NCBI RefSeq assembly: GCF_006345805.1
Contig: NC_043005.1
Location: 97,092,001 to 97,156,000, forward strand
Length of the DNA stretch: 64,000 bases
Source of the DNA: Octopus sinensis
Taxonomy: Eukaryota
Direction: 5' to 3'
Shown here in pieces: positions 24,781 through 37,859 of the stretch; position 1 is the stretch's first letter, and each line of letters opens with the position of its first letter. The position numbers and the translations under genes are program-made. The notes beneath the pieces were generated by a model, which searched no databases, was not told where the DNA came from, and was given only the letters and a program-made list of their open reading frames with translations.

Positions 24781-25544
24781 TGTATATGTACGTTACCTTT
24801 GTAAATATTTTGACTGCACGTCTGATGTGGCATTGGTTTTTTTTTTGTTTGCGTATATATTTGTTTTTGTATGTAGGCTGTTTTTCCATGCTGACAATTG
24901 TTAATAGTTTTCAAAAAATTTCATGGTGTGTTGTTGTTTTGCGTTCACCCTATCCTCGTTGATTCTGTAAATTCGGGTTATGGCCACCAGGTCGTAACAA
25001 ATTCACTCAGCTGTAGAAATGAGATGCGACGTCACTGGTGCCAAACTGCATCGGCCTTTGCCTTTCCCTTAGATAACATCGATGGCATGGAGAGGGGAGG
25101 CTGGTATGCATGGACGACTGCTGGTCTTCCATAAAACCACCTTAGGTTGTGCGTTCGCTGGTGAGGCGACTTTCTGGAAGGGAACTTCTTAGGTGCACCC
25201 ATGGCCATTCCTGACCAACAGAGTCTAGTTATATATATATAAGAATTTTTTCCGTAATAAGATTAAAAAAAAACAGGCTGTGTGCTCTAATATCTTGGCT
25301 TTTTATCACCCTTGGTTTTTTATCTTATTACGCAAAAAATTCTTATATACACACGCTGACATAGAACCAACGTTGAACCCTTTATTCGCAATATTACCGA
25401 ATCTGGAACTTAAATATGGTCTGTCTATAGCACTTATTCAGCATTACCTGACACCTTTGGGTCTCAATGACACCATTATCTCTTATAACCTCAAATTCTC
25501 GCTATATATATATATATATATATATATGAATGTATGTATGTATG

Positions 25545-25915
25545 TGTGCGTGTGTATGTGTGTATGTGTGTATGCTTGCATACGCGGATGTTTGAATGTG
25601 CGTGTGTGCTTGTGTAAGTGAATTATGTATGTAGATGAATCTCATACGATATACACACATTCACACACATCTCTGACTATATAGTGTGTGTGTCACTTAT
25701 TTGTGGCGTGGATGTGTGGTAAGAAGCTTGCTTCCCAACTGCATGACATCTGGGTCAAGTGTATCCTACTATATAGTCAGAGATGTGTGAATGTGTGTAT
25801 ATCGTATGGGATTCATCTACATACATATTTCACTTACACGCACACACGCACACACGCACATTCAAACATCCGCGTATGCAAGCATACACATACACATATA
25901 CACTCGCACACATAC
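25545..25915. repeat. Inverted duplication (~140-bp arms) around a SINE A head
   Basis: ...atgcttgcatacgcggatgtttgaatg...catctctgactatatag (25545-25685) is mirrored at 25768-25915. Confidence 0.85.
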
Positions 25916-26339
25916 ACACGAACACATACACACATATGCACACACACATATGGCACTAACACGCACACATATACATATATATGGCACTTACAATAAAACC
26001 TTTTATTTTACGACAATCAGGTCCTCTTCTGAGTTTATCTTGAAATATGTCCATTCCTCTACCGAAGTTATTGGCATTACTCTTCAACGTCTGCTAGATT
26101 TAAGCATTATAACTGACATAATTCTTTTCTTTTCTTATCTCCAATTTCTTGCAAATTTCATGGTTTTCATCTAGTTGATTAGTCTAGATTGGAACCCAAT
26201 TATAATCTTGCCAAATATTTCAGGTCACTAAACTGATGTTGTTCCACTCAGTAAACATTTAAACAAATAGTTACGTTATGGAGAAACTGAACTGGCTAAA
26301 ATAGCATTTGAAATAGATAGTTTGTAGCAGAAACCCAAT

Positions 26340-26374
26340 CTGATGATGATGTATGAAAATAGAAATTTAATAAC

Positions 26375-26441
<67 letters not shown>

Positions 26442-26450
26442 TTAATAATA

Positions 26451-26497
<47 letters not shown>

Positions 26498-26519
26498 AAT
26501 AAGAAGAAGGAGAATGATA

Positions 26520-26560
<41 letters not shown>

Positions 26561-26569
26561 TAATAATAG

Positions 26570-26600
<31 letters not shown>

Positions 26601-26628
26601 AATAATAATATAATAATAATAATAATAA

Positions 26629-26672
<44 letters not shown>
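26340..26672. repeat. (AAT)n/(GAT)n compound microsatellite
   Basis: Direct runs. Confidence 0.95.
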
Positions 26673-26673
<1 letters not shown>

Positions 26674-27626
26674 CTCGTTCTGCTTTTAGTAATAAAAAGA
26701 TCTTTCCCAACCACTAAGTTTGGCTGGTGTTCCTTAGGGACAGGCTATCGCCCAGTCGATTTTTCCCTCGCCAATCCATCAATTATATAGTGACTGTATC
26801 TTTCAGCCTTTTGCTTTCGTATGCTAATAACACTACGCGATGTGTTCCTCTTTCCAGTCTCTAATCTCACGCTCTGCTAACCAATAACCCTATTAATTCC
26901 TGTCCCTTAACTAATAATTCGATAGTCTTATAAAGTGAATAAAACTGAACGACACCAACACATAAATTTGAACTCCGTTTTTTTTTTTCATCTCTAAAGA
27001 AATAAACTAATTAAGTAAAATACAAAACAAAAAAAAGAAAGCTTAAAGCAAAACAAAACTGCGTCACGTTCCCAATATCATGGGACATTCCTAACCGCTA
27101 AAAAAATTTCAATCACAGTAGGGCTCTCCGGTAATCTTTTTTAGTCATGGAAACTTCTCACCAATTATTAAACTGCTAACTGTGCCTATCAAAGTTTCTC
27201 TTCAGAAATCTTATATTACATCACAGTATGACAATAAAACCCTAACTTTCTCCTATTATCTTTCCCACGAACGGTAAACACCCAACACTGATCAAACCGT
27301 TAAGCTCTGTTGAAGTTTCTCTCCGCAAAACTTCATTTATTCACCTCCTATGTAGTTCCAATGTTACACTGTTACAAAATATTGTTAGTGTACATAGTCG
27401 CAACAATATTTCAAAAAGTGAGGCACTCTAGAAAGAACGGTAAGTGTTGGGGTTCAAAGATCAGTTGATCGCATATTGTCACTATCACTGTAGTCATTAT
27501 GCTTAACTCTTAAGTGGCTCAGTCCTTCTGACTGTATATACCACACTTATATACCTTCGTTTCTGTGGGCAGAGACAGTATAGTAAAACTGCTTGCTTTC
27601 TGTTCTGGGTTCAAGTCTTCATATAG

Positions 27627-28085
27627 TAATCATTTATGGTAAAGCTGAATCCACCGGTGATACAGGCGTAAACCGCCTAAAAGATGACAAATTTTGTTTC
27701 CGTTTTAGTTGGAGAATTGTTCTCAGTCAACGAAAATGTCAGTATCCATAAGGTCGCTCGTCTAGGAAGATTCCAAGTGAACTCAACCTCAGACACTAGA
27801 CCACGCCCAATAAGAGTAATCTTTTCTTCCAATCAGGAGGCTTCAACCTTTCTGAACAGAGCTCAGAAGCATGTCTGAGAGGACCCCAATATGGGTTTTC
27901 GCGAGGAATACTCACTGAGAGAGAGAATTCGCCGGAGAAACCTAATATCCGAACTGAAGATGAGAAAACAGATGGGAGAGAAGGGTTTACGCATCCAAGA
28001 TGGACAAATAATCAAGTCCTACCTCTGGTCGCATGCTGTAGTGCTGACAGGGAAAGTGAATAGAGGGCGAATCGAAGTAAAGTAG
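27627..28085 (+). pseudogene. LINE ORF1 C-terminal remnant
   Basis: IIYGKAES...DD...VARLGRFQVNSTSDTRPRPIRVIF...GFREEYSLRERIRRRNLISELKMRK; has a frameshift and an internal stop. Confidence 0.75.
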
Positions 28086-28149
28086 ATACCCTCGACAACG
28101 ATGCTATCTCTAATACCCCTTATTCTGCTTGTTCCCTAATTCTCGCCCC

Positions 28150-30918
28150 TCAAACCACACAGCTCAGCATCGTCTATACCAACTCGTGCTCCTTATTTCC
28201 AAAGTTCAGGAATTATTTACACTGGCCATGCGTGATTCCCCAGATGTGATAGCTATCACCGAGACTTGGCTGACTCCAGCAGTAAAGGACTCGGAAATCC
28301 ACCTACAGGGCTACGCCCACTTCAGATGTGACAGAGAAAAAAGGCGAGGTGGAGTTGTTGCTGTTTATGTCAAATCTGATCTCAAACCGTCCAGCTGTAT
28401 TCTACCCACTAATGCTCAACCTACAACAAAATTCGATGCCGTCTATTGCAAGCTGAGCCTATCCGGGTTTTGCCTGTACGTGTTAGCTGTCTACAGGCCG
28501 CCTCTTGCCGACCCCCAGGACGATGCTCATTTACTCGAAGTGATAAGATTCGTTTCATCATCTTCGCATGAATGTTTGATATTAGGAGACTTCAGCGCTC
28601 CCACGATCGACTGGCCCGCATCAATTTGTACATCATCTTCCCGGTTCGGCCCTTCTTGACGTGGCTGAAGATTGTTTTCTATCGCAACATGTTGAATCTC
28701 TGACAAGGCATCGGTCTGGGCAGAAGCCATCTATGCTGGATCTGGTATTCTCCCGCTATCCAAGATCAGTGTCAGGCTTATCTGTGTGCGCCCCTCTTGC
28801 CAAGAGTGAGCACGCAGTCCTGAAGTTCGACATGCACACAACTCTTTCTACGCCCACGACTACTTCGCTGCCACGTAGAGTCTTCTCAGCAATCTATCTT
28901 GAAATTCTAACCGAGGCTTCTGCGCTTCTGGACTAGCGATCCCTGATGACGATGTCCTCGGTTGACGAACTATGGTCGTCCCTCAAAGCATATGTAATCT
29001 GGTTGACTGACCAAGCAGTTCCCGTTGGGCTTCCCAAGAAGAAGAAGCACAAGCCCTGGGTGACGTAGAAGGTTAAACGAGAACTTCGACTCAGAGATAT
29101 TGCTTGGGCTGAATTCAAAAATCAAGATTCGACTGCAGCTTTTGAGGTGTACAAAACTCAACGAGACCGAGCCGTGAAAATTGAAAAGGAAGAAGAACGC
29201 TTCAGGTATGAATACAGAATCGCGGCAAACGCCAGTCGCAATCCAAAAACCTTCTTTGCTCATGTCCAACGGAATTCCCGCTTGAACAACCAAATTGCAA
29301 CGTTGGTAGACTCAACAGGCGTATCGATTGAGGACCCTTATCAGCAGAGTCAGTTATTTGCCTAGGCCTTTAGACAATTTTCAAACAAGATGATGGTCGT
29401 GACCCCCCCCCCCATTTGTTAGATCGGTACCTCCAATGCCTAGATTGGTCATCACTCGAGACGAAGTCGAACGCGTTATTTAAGGCCTCGATGTCAACAA
29501 GGGTCACGGCCCTGACGGCATACACCCACAGGTTATCAAAGCGGTGGCTCCGGTCATCTGCGAATCTTTAACACTTCTATTCAATATGTCATTGCTGACG
29601 GGTGTTATACCTGCGGACTGGAGAACAGCGATAATCTGCCTGATTTTCAAGAAAGGGAGCCGCGAAGACCCGCTTAACTACCGACCAGTTTCCCTTACTT
29701 AAATAGTCAGCAACATGTTCGAAACCATCCTCAAGAAAAGTATGTTACTACACCTCCAAAACACAACCTCTATCTCTGATTCCCAACACGGTTTCGTGCC
29801 GAAGAGATCATGCTTGACCAACTTACTGGTAATGGAAGAATTGGTGACGCGTATCCTGGATGATGGTGATGCTGTTGACATCGTTTTATTGGACTTTGCC
29901 AAAGCTTTTGACTCGGTTAACCACCGCCTATTACTTGTGAAGCTTCAAGCATATAGTTTTCATCTGGATATTGTACGATGGGTTGATGCCTTCCTCTCAG
30001 ATCGCTCCTTCCAAGTCCAAGTTAATGGTTCGCTGTCCGACGTCTCCAGTGCCTCAAGGTCCAGTGCTTGGGCCGTTATTGCTTTTAGTCTTCATCAATG
30101 ACTTGCCCGACGACCTCACACAACTCACCCTTCTATTTGCCGACGATGTCAAACTGGTCGCTCCTCGCAATGATATAGATGATCTTCGTTGATGCCTCCA
30201 CCAAGTTTGGAGATGGTCAAACGAATGGGACCTGTGTCTGAACGTGTCAAAGTGCTGTCATCTGCCTGTTGGCTCCTCTCCTGCAACTCAACTTGATTTC
30301 GAGCTGGGTCGTCTGCTGCTGGAGAAGACCGACCAAGTAAAGGACCTGGGTATCTTGGTGGATTCTTCCTTTTCGCCTTCGGCCCAATGCGTCCATGCTG
30401 CCAACTAAGCACGCGGAGTTCTGTTTTTGATTCGACGGTCATTCGGAATGCTCACAGCAGCCATATTCCTACCGCTCTATGTCCCGCTGGTGAGACCCAT
30501 ATTGGAGTACGGGATTCAAGCATCTCCTCAAAGACATACATCATCTCGAAAGAGTCCAGAAGTCGGCTGCTCGCATGGTTCTTGGTCTCAAGCATTTGTC
30601 TTATGAAGAAAGGCTGAAGACGCTCGACCATTATTCTCTCAAAAAACGATGACGCCGTGGTGATCTCATTCTCGCTCACAACATCATAAGCGGAAAGTGC
30701 AACCTCTCGAAAGAGCTGTTCTTCACTCCTGCTTCAGAGCGTCGGCTGCGGGGTCACTCCGAAAAGCTCTATCTACAATGATTTCATCTTAATCGAAGGG
30801 CTTTCTCCGTCCGGGTTGCGGATCCGTGGAATAAGCTGCCGGACGAGATAGTGAAGATGCCGACGACCGCTCGGTTCAAAGTCTCTCTTGACCAGAAATG
30901 GCCTGAATTCTTTGCATG
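28150..30918 (+). pseudogene. LINE ORF2 (APE endonuclease plus reverse transcriptase), several stops and frameshifts
   Basis: APE: YTNSCSL, DVIAITETWL, RCDR..RRGG, ILGDF, LDLVF. RT: GPDGIHP, NYRPVSLT, QHGFVPKRSCLTNLL, LDFAKAFDSVNH, QGPVLGPLL, LFADDVKL, KDLGILVD, RPILEYG, RLRGHSEKL, PWNKLP. Confidence 0.92.
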
Positions 30919-31630
30919 ACCACCCTCCCCGTACATAACTCCCTGTCCCCCTACATGTTCTTGCTTTTGCTTTTTGAGCCCCAAAAAATTGAATTGAATT
31001 GAATATAGAAAGGATTGATGAGGATATGGATCACACTGTTCTCACCTGGAAACCAAAAGAATGAATTACACATTGATGGATGTTTCTGGTTATGGAAAGT
31101 GAGATAATTAAATTTCAATTTTAACAAGAGACTGACTGGACGGCTGAAGAACAAAAGAAGAAATCAAATAAGAAAGACGTCATTCGATCTTGGTCGTTAG
31201 GATGTTTGTTATTTTATCACGGCTAACATCCGAACACCTCGTCAAATGGCAGTTGTGTCACGACGTCATTGTGTTACATCAGTGTGGTGTCATTGTGGTG
31301 TTGCATGACAGTTGTGTTGCATCACTGTCATATCACGTTAATACTGTTCGCTATTATACAACAGGTTCGATGTTTCGATCACATACGGTTGTGCTACCTC
31401 AATATTGTTGGGTATTACACCACTAGTGTGATGTTGAGTTACATCAACATCAAATTCTAGAAATAGAAGATTATATTCGCTTAGTTATATTACAAAGCTT
31501 CATCCCATAAAACAAGGGTTTCCCATGATTAGGCTATGGATCATTTGGTACCGTGCTGCACAGAAAGAATAAATTTTAAAATGTTATTTCTATTTTATTG
31601 ACTACGGGAGTTTGTAAAGTGTTTTTGCAT

Positions 31631-31703
<73 letters not shown>

Positions 31704-32784
31704 ATATTTATATATTATATATTATATACATATAATAATTTCTCTATTATGTAGTTCATTGTCTTTTGCTACGCATCTGATCCCCAGGTCTGTAGGAAAA
31801 TTGTCTTGCATGAGTCCTGACCTTGTTGCAAAACAGGTTGGGGATTGTTACCGTAACAGATTATGATTAAAACCGACAACGGCGAGATTTAAACTTGGAA
31901 GAGAGAAGTTTGAAATTAAAAACTTGCTCAAACTATTTCCCTTGATTCATAATCATTTTAACGATTTTAAATTGTTAGATTTAATCGAGTTTCGGTAAAG
32001 CCAAATTCCGTAAGCTGAGGTTGCTGTAACACAGGAAAAGGCCTATTAAACAAACTACACTCTTATTAGCGAAAAAACCGCTTGTAGCAAAGCTCAAAAT
32101 ATAGTTAACAATTTGAAAAAACATAAGCACTATACATGCAAATACGTATATATAAATGTATGCCTATATATGTGGATGTGTTTGTGCATATATTCTTCGG
32201 TAACAATGAGTACAGTTAGCTATCTACAAAACTATCAATCTGTCTGTCTATATATTTGTATATCAATCAGTCCTGAACACGATCACTACCTATCATCAGC
32301 AACACAACCACCAACACCAAAACGAATAAAACTACCGCCATTACCAACTTACCAACTCCTGATGACCAACAGTAACGGCAGCGATAACACGGACAAGATG
32401 AACTACTCCGTTTAAAATAAGCGATGTTGACATGACTTAATGTGGTACCCTAGTATATTTTTAAAAGTAGAATGAAATCTGTTCTGAAGCATGAAACAAT
32501 TGTACTACACTACCTTGGATATCCTTGTTGCTTACTTTGATTATAATCACCCGATTTGATTTATATGGATAATACCATACAAAATTCTGGTACCTTTAAC
32601 TTAAGTATCATATTCATCTGATAACCGATGAGATGGTGTTGTGGATTTCCACCTCGGCATCCGAAACTCAGAGTTTTATCTTAGCTATTGAATAATTGTC
32701 ACATATTATTTTCTAGATAAATTTCCTCTATTTACATAATATCGAAGTCTCTTTCTTTCTTTTATTATCTTACCGTTTTTACCA

Positions 32785-32817
<33 letters not shown>

Positions 32818-32819
32818 TA

Positions 32820-33735
32820 CTCAACTAATAAGGGTGAGAAAATTGGATACTAATTTAATAGTACCATCAATTTAACACCAAGTGGCTTAGTGCATAAAAA
32901 CCAGGAATACAATAAAGTTTATACGTAAATATAAGAGAGTGACCACTATGTGGTCGACTCTAGCACTAAAAATAGATCCGCTACGGTTTCAGCCACGAAG
33001 AATTGTTTCCGATGAAAGTTAGCAAAACTATTAGCGTAAACGAACAGGGCAAATAAAAAATAACAAAAATGCAGATTAATTCTGGACAATTGTTTCGCTG
33101 TTAATAAATTATGTAATTTTACTCATAACATATCTGTAGCTCCTCAGCAGAATTTGTCTAGAATACAATTTATTCAACCGCATGCCAGATTTTACTATGA
33201 CGATAAACACACATGCGGTTCAGTCGATTGCATTCGCCGTTATAATTCAAGTGCCCCCGCTAAAGGCCGCCAAAATTCACGGAAACAGATACTGCATCAA
33301 AAATTAAATGCAGTATAATTACAATCAACTAATAAGGGTGAGAAAATTGGATACTAATTTAATAGTACCATCAATTTAACACCAAGTGGCTTAGGGCATA
33401 AAAACCAGGAATACAATAAAGTTTATACGTAAATATAAGAGAGTGACCACTATGTGGTCGACTCTAGCACTAAAAATAGATCCGCTACGGTTTCAGCCAC
33501 GAAGAATTGTTTCCGATGAAAGTTAGCACAACTATTAGCGTAAACGAACAGGGCAAATAAAAAATAACAAAAATGCAGATTAATTCTGGACAATTGTTTC
33601 GCTATCTGCATTTTTGTTATTTTTTATTTGCCCTGTTCGTTTACGCTAATTCTTCGTGGCTGAAACCGTAGCGGATCTATTTTTAGTGCTATAGTCGACC
33701 ACATAGTTGTCACTCTCTTATATTTACGTGTATAT

Positions 33736-33767
<32 letters not shown>

Positions 33768-34680
33768 CTCAACTAATAAGGGTGAGAAAATTGGATACTA
33801 ATTTAATAGTACCATCAATTTAACACCAAGTGGCTTAGTGCATAAAAACCAGGAATACAATAAAGTTTATACGTAAATATAAGAGAGTGACCACCATGTG
33901 GTCGACTCTAGCACTAAAAATAGATCCGCTACGGTTTCAGCCACGAAGAATTGTTTCCGATGAAAGTTAGCACAACTATTAGCGTAAACGAACAGGGCAA
34001 ATAAAAAATAACAAAAATGCAGATTAATTCTGGACAATTGTTTCGCTGTTAATAAATTATGTAATTTTACTCACATAACATATCTGTAGCTCCTCAGCAG
34101 AATTTGTCTAGAATACAATTTATTCAACCGCATGCCAGATTTTACTATGACGATAAACACACATGCGGTTCAGTCGATTGCATTCGCCGTTATAATTCAA
34201 GTGCCCCCGCTAAAGGCCGCCAAAATTCACGGAAACAGATACTGCATCAAAAATTAAATGCAGTATAATTACAATCAACTAATAAGGGTGAGAAAATTGG
34301 ATACTAATTTAATAGTACCATCAATTTAACACCAAGTGGCTTAGGGCATAAAAACCAGGAATACAATAAAGTTTATACGTAAATATAAGAGAGTGACCAC
34401 TATGTGGTCGACTCTAGCACTAAAAATAGATCCGCTACGGTTTCAGCCACGAAGAATTGTTTCCGATGAAAGTTAGCACAACTATTAGCGTAAACGAACA
34501 GGGCAAATAAAAAATAACAAAAATGCAGATTAATTCTGGACAATTGTTTCGCTATCTGCATTTTTGTTATTTTTTATTTGCCCTGTTCGTTTACGCTAAT
34601 TCTTCGTGGCTGAAACCGTAGCGGATCTATTTTTAGTGCTATAGTCGACCACATAGTTGTCACTCTCTTATATTTACGTG
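32820..34680. mobile_element. Non-coding Penelope-like derivative (repeat-spacer-repeat plus inverted partial repeat), present as two tandem copies offset by 948 bp
   Basis: Each block has a ~280-bp unit at 32820 and 33325 (504-bp period), then an inverted partial unit (33604-33729) and (TA)n; block 2 spans 33768-34680. Confidence 0.85.
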
Positions 34681-34779
34681 TATATATATATATATATATA
34701 CAACGTGATGCATATATGCATATAAAAGATAAAAAATTGCCTGCATCTCTGGAAATCAATAAAACTATACAAAGAAAAG

Positions 34780-34910
34780 AAGAAGATAAAAATATTGATG
34801 ATGTATTATAAAACAAAAACCGAAGGAACAGTTGAAACAAGAGATCATTGTTATATCGCAAAGAATCTGCCATTTTGAAAAGGGACAACGATTCTTAAAG
34901 CATAACAAAT
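34780..34910 (+). mobile_element. R4/Dong-type LINE fragment (region upstream of RT)
   Basis: EQLKQEIIVISQRICHFEKGQRFLKHNK resembles EELKQ...A.AQRIRRYEKR...QN. Confidence 0.45.
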
Positions 34911-35676
34911 AGTGTGGCCTCGCCTCAACGACTGTGTCAGGAATTAGACACCCAGATTTATTAATGGAATTCATATTAAATTCTTGTTAGAAAAATTAAC
35001 CTTTCATCAGAAAAATGATTTAATGACGCTAATTCAGTAATGATACAGGGATAAAAGAATTAGACCAAACCCAGAGTTACATATAAATTTTGAAATTACT
35101 GAACTTGATCTAGTATAGTAGAAACAAATGAAAGAAAAGATTGAGAATGAATATTATAGACACATTAGATTAATATTTAAAACAAATCTAAGCTAAATGA
35201 AAAAAATGTGATACGTACCATTACCATTCCTGTCCTAAATATTATCTGTAATTATGACATGCTCAACTGGGTGTGAAGTAAATTAGCAAGACTAGACGGA
35301 AAAAGCTATAAAATGTAATGACTGCATTTAGAATAAGCCACCTACTAAAAATGGGGAAAAACTGGAGATTTATGGTATTCCATTGATTGTCTGTACAACT
35401 TTTTGATTTGAAAATAAATGGTAAAAAGTATTAATTTGGATTGGTTTTATACAACCTTAGCAAATTTCTCACACTTTGGTCAAGAGATGTCTTATTTCTC
35501 TTAATTTTTCAAAAAAGAAAAAATACTTTGATATGAAGGAGATAACTGACTTCCACAAGATATGACCTTATTTTGCAATCCCATGTCTAGATTTAGCTTT
35601 AAATTTACAAATATCCTCAAGATCATATGGTTCAATGCTTCTTTTTTTATAGGTAGAGCATTCTTCTGGATTCCTA

Positions 35677-35739
<63 letters not shown>

Positions 35740-36309
35740 AAAACTAAGCAACAAGAACGAATCCGGTAATTTAGTACAAATGTTTCATACTACAATATTT
35801 TATTAAAAGCTGTAAATATTACAGCAGATTTAAGATGCTGAGTAATCTTCAGCTAATTTTATATAGGTTTTCCAATAATATAAAAGTTTTCAAATCAATT
35901 AATAACATCTTAGAGAAGGTAAATATACAGATAAAGATGTAGATATGAATCTTAGAAACATGAGGTCGTGTGGTTCAGATGCTAACTGACCAAAACCTTG
36001 TTTATAACTGACTGCTGTAAGAAAATTTCTTTAGTTATAAGGATTGGGGTAAGGGCCGGTAAAGAATTCAAGTTGGTTGTAGAAAAGAGGAGGAAATTCA
36101 GGATATGTAAAAGAAAGAACAGGTTGTTACTAGAACAAAAGATCAATTTATCTATGTGGTGACAAGAAAATTAGGTCAGTGTAGAAATATCATTAAATTC
36201 TCAGGAACATATGAGGTTGTAGGTCAGATACTAACTGACCAAAATCCTACTTGCAACTGAGAGCCATCAGAATTTTTTAGTTGTAGGAATTTCAAATTCC
36301 TATATATAT

Positions 36310-36540
36310 GTTTCTTTATTACCCACAAGGGGCTAAACATAGAGGGGACAAACAAGGACAGACAAACGAATTAAGTTGATTACATCGACCCCAGTGCGTA
36401 ACTGGTACTTAATTTATTGACCCCGAAAGGATGAAAGGCAAAGTCGACCACGGCGGAATTTGAACTCAGAACGTAACGGCAGACAAAATACGGCTACGCA
36501 TTTCGCCCGGCATGCTAACGGTTCTGCCAGCTCGCCGCCC
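36310..36540 (-). mobile_element. tRNA-derived SINE family B, full length
   Basis: rc ggcggcgagctggcagaaccgttagcatgccgggcgaaatgc...gttctgagttcaaattccgccgtggtcgactttgcctttcatcctttcggggtc...agtaccag...gtgggtaataaagaaa. Confidence 0.9.
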
Positions 36541-37859
36541 ACTATATATATGTTTGTGTGTGGGTGTGGGTGTGTGTGTGTACATATATATATATATTAT
36601 TAAAAAGCAGCAAAAATATCACAAAAGCTGTTACTCAGAGTTTCACGTTTCCGTTCGTCGGACAGTTTTATTTAGAATGGAACAAAAATAACGCTATAAG
36701 CAAACATATGCAATTAGTTTAATAGATACACATTTGAGAATGGTTTTATTTCATTGGTCCTTTCAATTAAAGGTCTTTACAGTGCCCGGTTGCATGCAAT
36801 GAACAAATTTCGGTATAAAATTATCTTATTATAAAATCGAACAAGACCTCAAATCAAAACTAGCTTATAAAAAAGGACAGAGCCTAAATACCCAGGGTCA
36901 ATAATTATTTGTAAAATGTTAATCAATTAATACCTTAAAAGTTATATCCGTTTAAAAATTTTTTCACGTTTGATTACATATGCATTTAGCAGTATATGCA
37001 TATACCATAGACGTATGTACATAGCTACATACATATACAGACATGTATAGGCAAGACACAAATATATATACAAATGCATATATATATATTTACGCACACA
37101 CATGCACACGCACAAGTCTGTTGTTACAGGCGAAAGAAAGAGAAAGAAAAAATATTAAGTATGGAGGAAGGAAGAAAACAGTGGAGAAGAGGAAACAGAA
37201 ATGAAAGAAAAATAATCAGAAAACTAGAGAGAAAGGGGAAAAATAGATATTGGCATAAAGTGTTACATCATGGCGCTCGAAAGTAACCAACGACGATTAG
37301 ATACTTCATATAGCTTGCACAACGAACACATAAAAACGCACATATAAAATTACATGTATAGCTACATATATACATACGAATATACATACATGTAGATATG
37401 CATACAAATATACAAAAATACAAAAATATGTACACAAATACATGCTCACATATATAAAAGTATACACACATATACATACACGCACATGTATACGCACACA
37501 CGTATACATGCATATACATACATATACATACGTACACTACATACATACACATAAATATATAGAGACATATCTACATCATAACGTATATATGCAAATAATT
37601 TTAAAAACTGTCCGGTGTATATAATATTAACATGTAAAAATAAGGAAATTGTACATTAATTTGATATAACATAATTAAATACGTGAGTAAACAATAAAAA
37701 CAAAGCTCGGCGAAGCTTAAGATAAAATTTGTAAAACAGTCAAAGGCTTTCATAAAAATGAAGTCGAAATATAGACTAGCGTTGCGATGAAAAAAACTAT
37801 ACCGTGTCAAGTCAAAGTCAAATGCGACAGTCAAAAAATATATTTCGAAAGTCAAAACA

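Larger units (their letters stand above)
27627..31004 (+). mobile_element. CR1-group LINE, 5'-truncated within ORF1; disrupted ORF2; 3' UTR and (ATTGA)n tail
   Basis: ORF1 and ORF2 motifs as in the next two entries; tail aattgaattgaattgaa at about 30986-31003; possible 6-bp TSD atatag (27621-27626 / 31003-31008). Confidence 0.92.

Noticed and set aside
26720-26910. LGDSLS motif on the minus strand next to (AAT)n, suggesting another R4-type RT fragment
   Set aside because: Single six-residue match; flanking translation does not confirm it.
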